Source of the DNA: Eledone cirrhosa
Taxonomy: Eukaryota
Reading direction: 5' to 3'
Length of the DNA: 64,000 bases
NCBI GenBank assembly: GCA_964016885.1
Contig: OZ024754.1
Span: 25,606,001-25,670,000 of the forward strand
Each line of letters starts with the position of its first letter. Position 1 is the stretch's first letter. Position numbers and translations under genes: made by a program. The notes below the pieces were generated by a model. The model had not been told where the DNA came from, did not search any database, and saw only the letters and a program-made list of their open reading frames with translations. Below, piece by piece: positions 60,496 to 64,000 of this stretch.

Positions 60496-60762
60496 ATATC
60501 CAGTGCTTTTATCGAGAATGACACAGCTAGAGACTTATAGAATACTTAGCTGTGTACAGGAACTGGTTTGAAAGAGCGGTTGCCGGTCCGGCAGAAATTA
60601 GAAATTGGAATAAATGCTCTGAAATAGCGATATATATGTGAATATAGACATAGAATATTCGAAAATATTCTGTATGTTTATAATAAACATTTTGAAGACC
60701 TAATCGCTATAGAATAGAATACGTCACGTATTACAATTAGATTCTCGATAAAAGCAAGGGAA

Positions 60763-60805
60763 GTAATCTACGCGTTTCATTCTTGTTAGAAATCATCAGG
60801 ACTAC
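60763..60805 (-). ncRNA. Type I hammerhead ribozyme, family B
   Basis: Identical motif, +310 bp. Confidence 0.75.
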
Positions 60806-61318
60806 ATATCTAGTGCTTTTATCGAGAATGACACAGCTAGAGACTTATAGAATACTTAGCTGTGTACAGGAACTGGTTTGAAAGAGCGGTTGCCGGTCCG
60901 GCAGAAATTAGAAATTGGAATAAATGCTCTGAAATAGCGATATATATGTGAATATAGACATAGAATATTCGAAAATATTCTGTATGTTTATAATAAACAT
61001 TTTGAAGACCTAATCGCTATAGAATAGAATACGTCACGTATTACAATTAGATTCCCTTGCTTTTATCGAGAATCTAATTGTAATACGTGACGTATTCTAT
61101 TCTATAGCGATTAGGTCTTCAAAATGTTTATTATAAACATACAGAATATTTTCGAATATTCTATGTCTATATTCACATATATATCGCTATTTCAGAGCAT
61201 TTATTCCAATTTCTAATTTCTGCCGGACCGGCAACCGCTCTTTCAAACCAGTTCCTGTACACAGCTAAGTATTCTATAAGTCTCTAGCTGTGTCATTCTC
61301 GATAAAAGCACTGGATAT

Positions 61319-61361
61319 GTAGTCCTGATGATTTCTAACAAGAATGAAACGCGTAGATTAC
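61319..61361 (+). ncRNA. Type I hammerhead ribozyme, family B
   Basis: gtagtc ctgatga t ttct aaca agaa t gaaa cgcg ta gattac. Confidence 0.75.
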
Positions 61362-61628
61362 TTCCCTTGCTTTTATCGAGAATCTAATTGTAATACGTGA
61401 CGTATTCTATTCTATAGCGATTAGGTCTTCAAAATGTTTATTATAAACATACAGAATATTTTCGAATATTCTATGTCTATATTCACATATATATCGCTAT
61501 TTCAGAGCATTTATTCCAATTTCTAATTTCTGCCGGACCGGCAACCGCTCTTTCAAACCAGTTCCTGTACACAGCTAAGTATTCTATAAGTCTCTAGCTG
61601 TGTCATTCTCGATAAAAGCACTGGATAT

Positions 61629-61671
61629 GTAGTCCTGATGATTTCTAACAAGAATGAAACGCGTAGATTAC
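61629..61671 (+). ncRNA. Type I hammerhead ribozyme, family B
   Basis: Identical motif, +310 bp. Confidence 0.75.
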
Positions 61672-61791
61672 TTCCCTTGCTTTTATCGAGAATCTAATTG
61701 TAATACGTGACGTATTCTATTCTATAGCGATTAGGTCTTCAAAATGTTTATTATAAACATACAGAATATTTTCGAATATTCTATGTCTATA

Positions 61792-61848
<57 letters not shown>

Positions 61849-62004
61849 GATAACAAATTATGTTATAGGTAATCCAGTTAGAGGTTGTGAGTACTCTGTA
61901 CTATGGATAGTTTTAACGTACCACGTTGTTTGACTCAACAAGAGGTTTCCTTAGTTAGGTGGTGAGTTCTTGGGAATTCCTTTGCAGGTTAACCTTGGAG
62001 AATA

Positions 62005-62320
62005 ATAGTGAAAGATTGGAGAATAACATGATCAACAGTACAAAAAGGGTTTTATTTACAGTATTAACAATTGTTTCATTGATTAGGATGTCTAAAGGTT
62101 GCTAATCACTCGAAGTTGTGCCACTCAACCTTCAATTCAGTGTATACCTAATCAAATTATCGGAATAACTGATGATTTGATTAGGCATACACTGTATTGA
62201 AGGTTGAGTGGCACAACTTCGAGTGATTAGCAGCCTTTAGACATCCTAATCAATGAAACAATTCTTAATACTGTAAATATAACCCTTTTTGTACTGTTGA
62301 CCATGTTATTCTTCATTCTT

Positions 62321-62327
<7 letters not shown>
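62005..62327. repeat. Fold-back inverted repeat (~150-bp arms) made of two divergent long-helix-II HHR copies
   Basis: +: CTGATGA-T-TTGATTAGG..CCTAATCAA-T-GAAA-CAATTC-TT; -: TATT-CCGATAA-T-TTGATTAGG..CCTAATCAA-T-GAAA-CAATTG-TT^AATA. Confidence 0.8.
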
Positions 62328-62369
<42 letters not shown>

Positions 62370-62487
62370 TAACGTTTCTAGTTTAGTTTTGAATGAATCT
62401 GAAACCAAGTGGTTGTGAAGTAAAGATCTTAACCATATGGCAATGCGATTACTACGTTTTAAGACTATGAATATCTATTATACTTAC

Positions 62488-62583
62488 GGCGATGTTTGTT
62501 TTAAGCCAATGAACATAACACAAGTTGACACTGACTATTGCGTCTGGATCTATCATAAGCAGCATATAATTTTCCTTTTCTAG
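62488..62583 (-). CDS. PEBP4-like internal exon (acceptor at 62583 or 62579)
   Basis: ENYMLLMIDPDAIVSVNLCYVHWLKTNIA|gtaagt; DPDA and HW..NI PEBP motifs. Confidence 0.85.
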
Positions 62584-62633
62584 CTTAAAATATGACTGAA
62601 GTAAAATAAAATAAAACTATTCGTATTTTATGT

Positions 62634-62741
<108 letters not shown>

Positions 62742-62935
62742 TGTATGTATAGTATATTTGATAATATACTGTATGTTTATTTTAAAACATTTTGAAGACC
62801 ATTGGCTATGAGTTTTAAAGTAGTGACTATGTCACTTACTTAGTCTCCGCAAAAAGAAAGGGAAGCAAGCGAAGGGATATGCAATCTAGATAACCGCAAT
62901 CATATATACATCGCTATTTCAGAGAACTGATACTA

Positions 62936-63934
<999 letters not shown>

Positions 63935-64000
63935 TAGTTCCACAAGTATAAGTAGTTCCATAAGTAGTTCATGTGTCTGTTTAACAGACACAGGATGAAA

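Larger units (their letters stand above)
60291..61795. mobile_element. Non-coding HHR-bearing palindromic array (family B): ~2.5 x 310-bp units followed by ~2.4 inverted units
   Basis: Units at 60291, 60601, 60911; inversion point ~61054; near-perfect arms; (TA)n flanks. Confidence 0.9.

Overview
This is an AT-rich animal genome window, probably an octopod cephalopod (inferred from the SINE/LINE families and the kilobase (TA)n tracts). Most 'ORFs' in the supplied track are microsatellite artefacts. Host genes, both on the minus strand, are three exons of a PEBP4-like gene (62583-58199) and two coding exons of a probable formin/cappuccino-like gene (47706-46100), whose next intron appears to cover the left 46 kb. 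Retroelements include a near-complete Penelope-like element (ORF1, then RT + GIY-YIG, apparently joined by a -1 slippery site), RTE, Tx1/L1, CR1-like and CRE-like LINE copies, and tRNA-derived SINEs; non-autonomous Helitrons are also present. The main unannotated signal is a dense set of type I hammerhead ribozyme (HHR) motifs: about 25 intact or decayed motifs from roughly a dozen unrelated sequence families. They include two large non-coding arrays (450-466 bp and 310 bp units) in which head-to-tail HHR monomers fold back into palindromes inside (TA)n, resembling retrozymes or Penelope pLTR-derived elements. Several motifs are unusual core variants (U.U or A.A at the base of helix II, a U3-A8 core, very long helix II), and covariation supports the folds. 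All structures were read by eye; catalytic activity is inferred, not shown.
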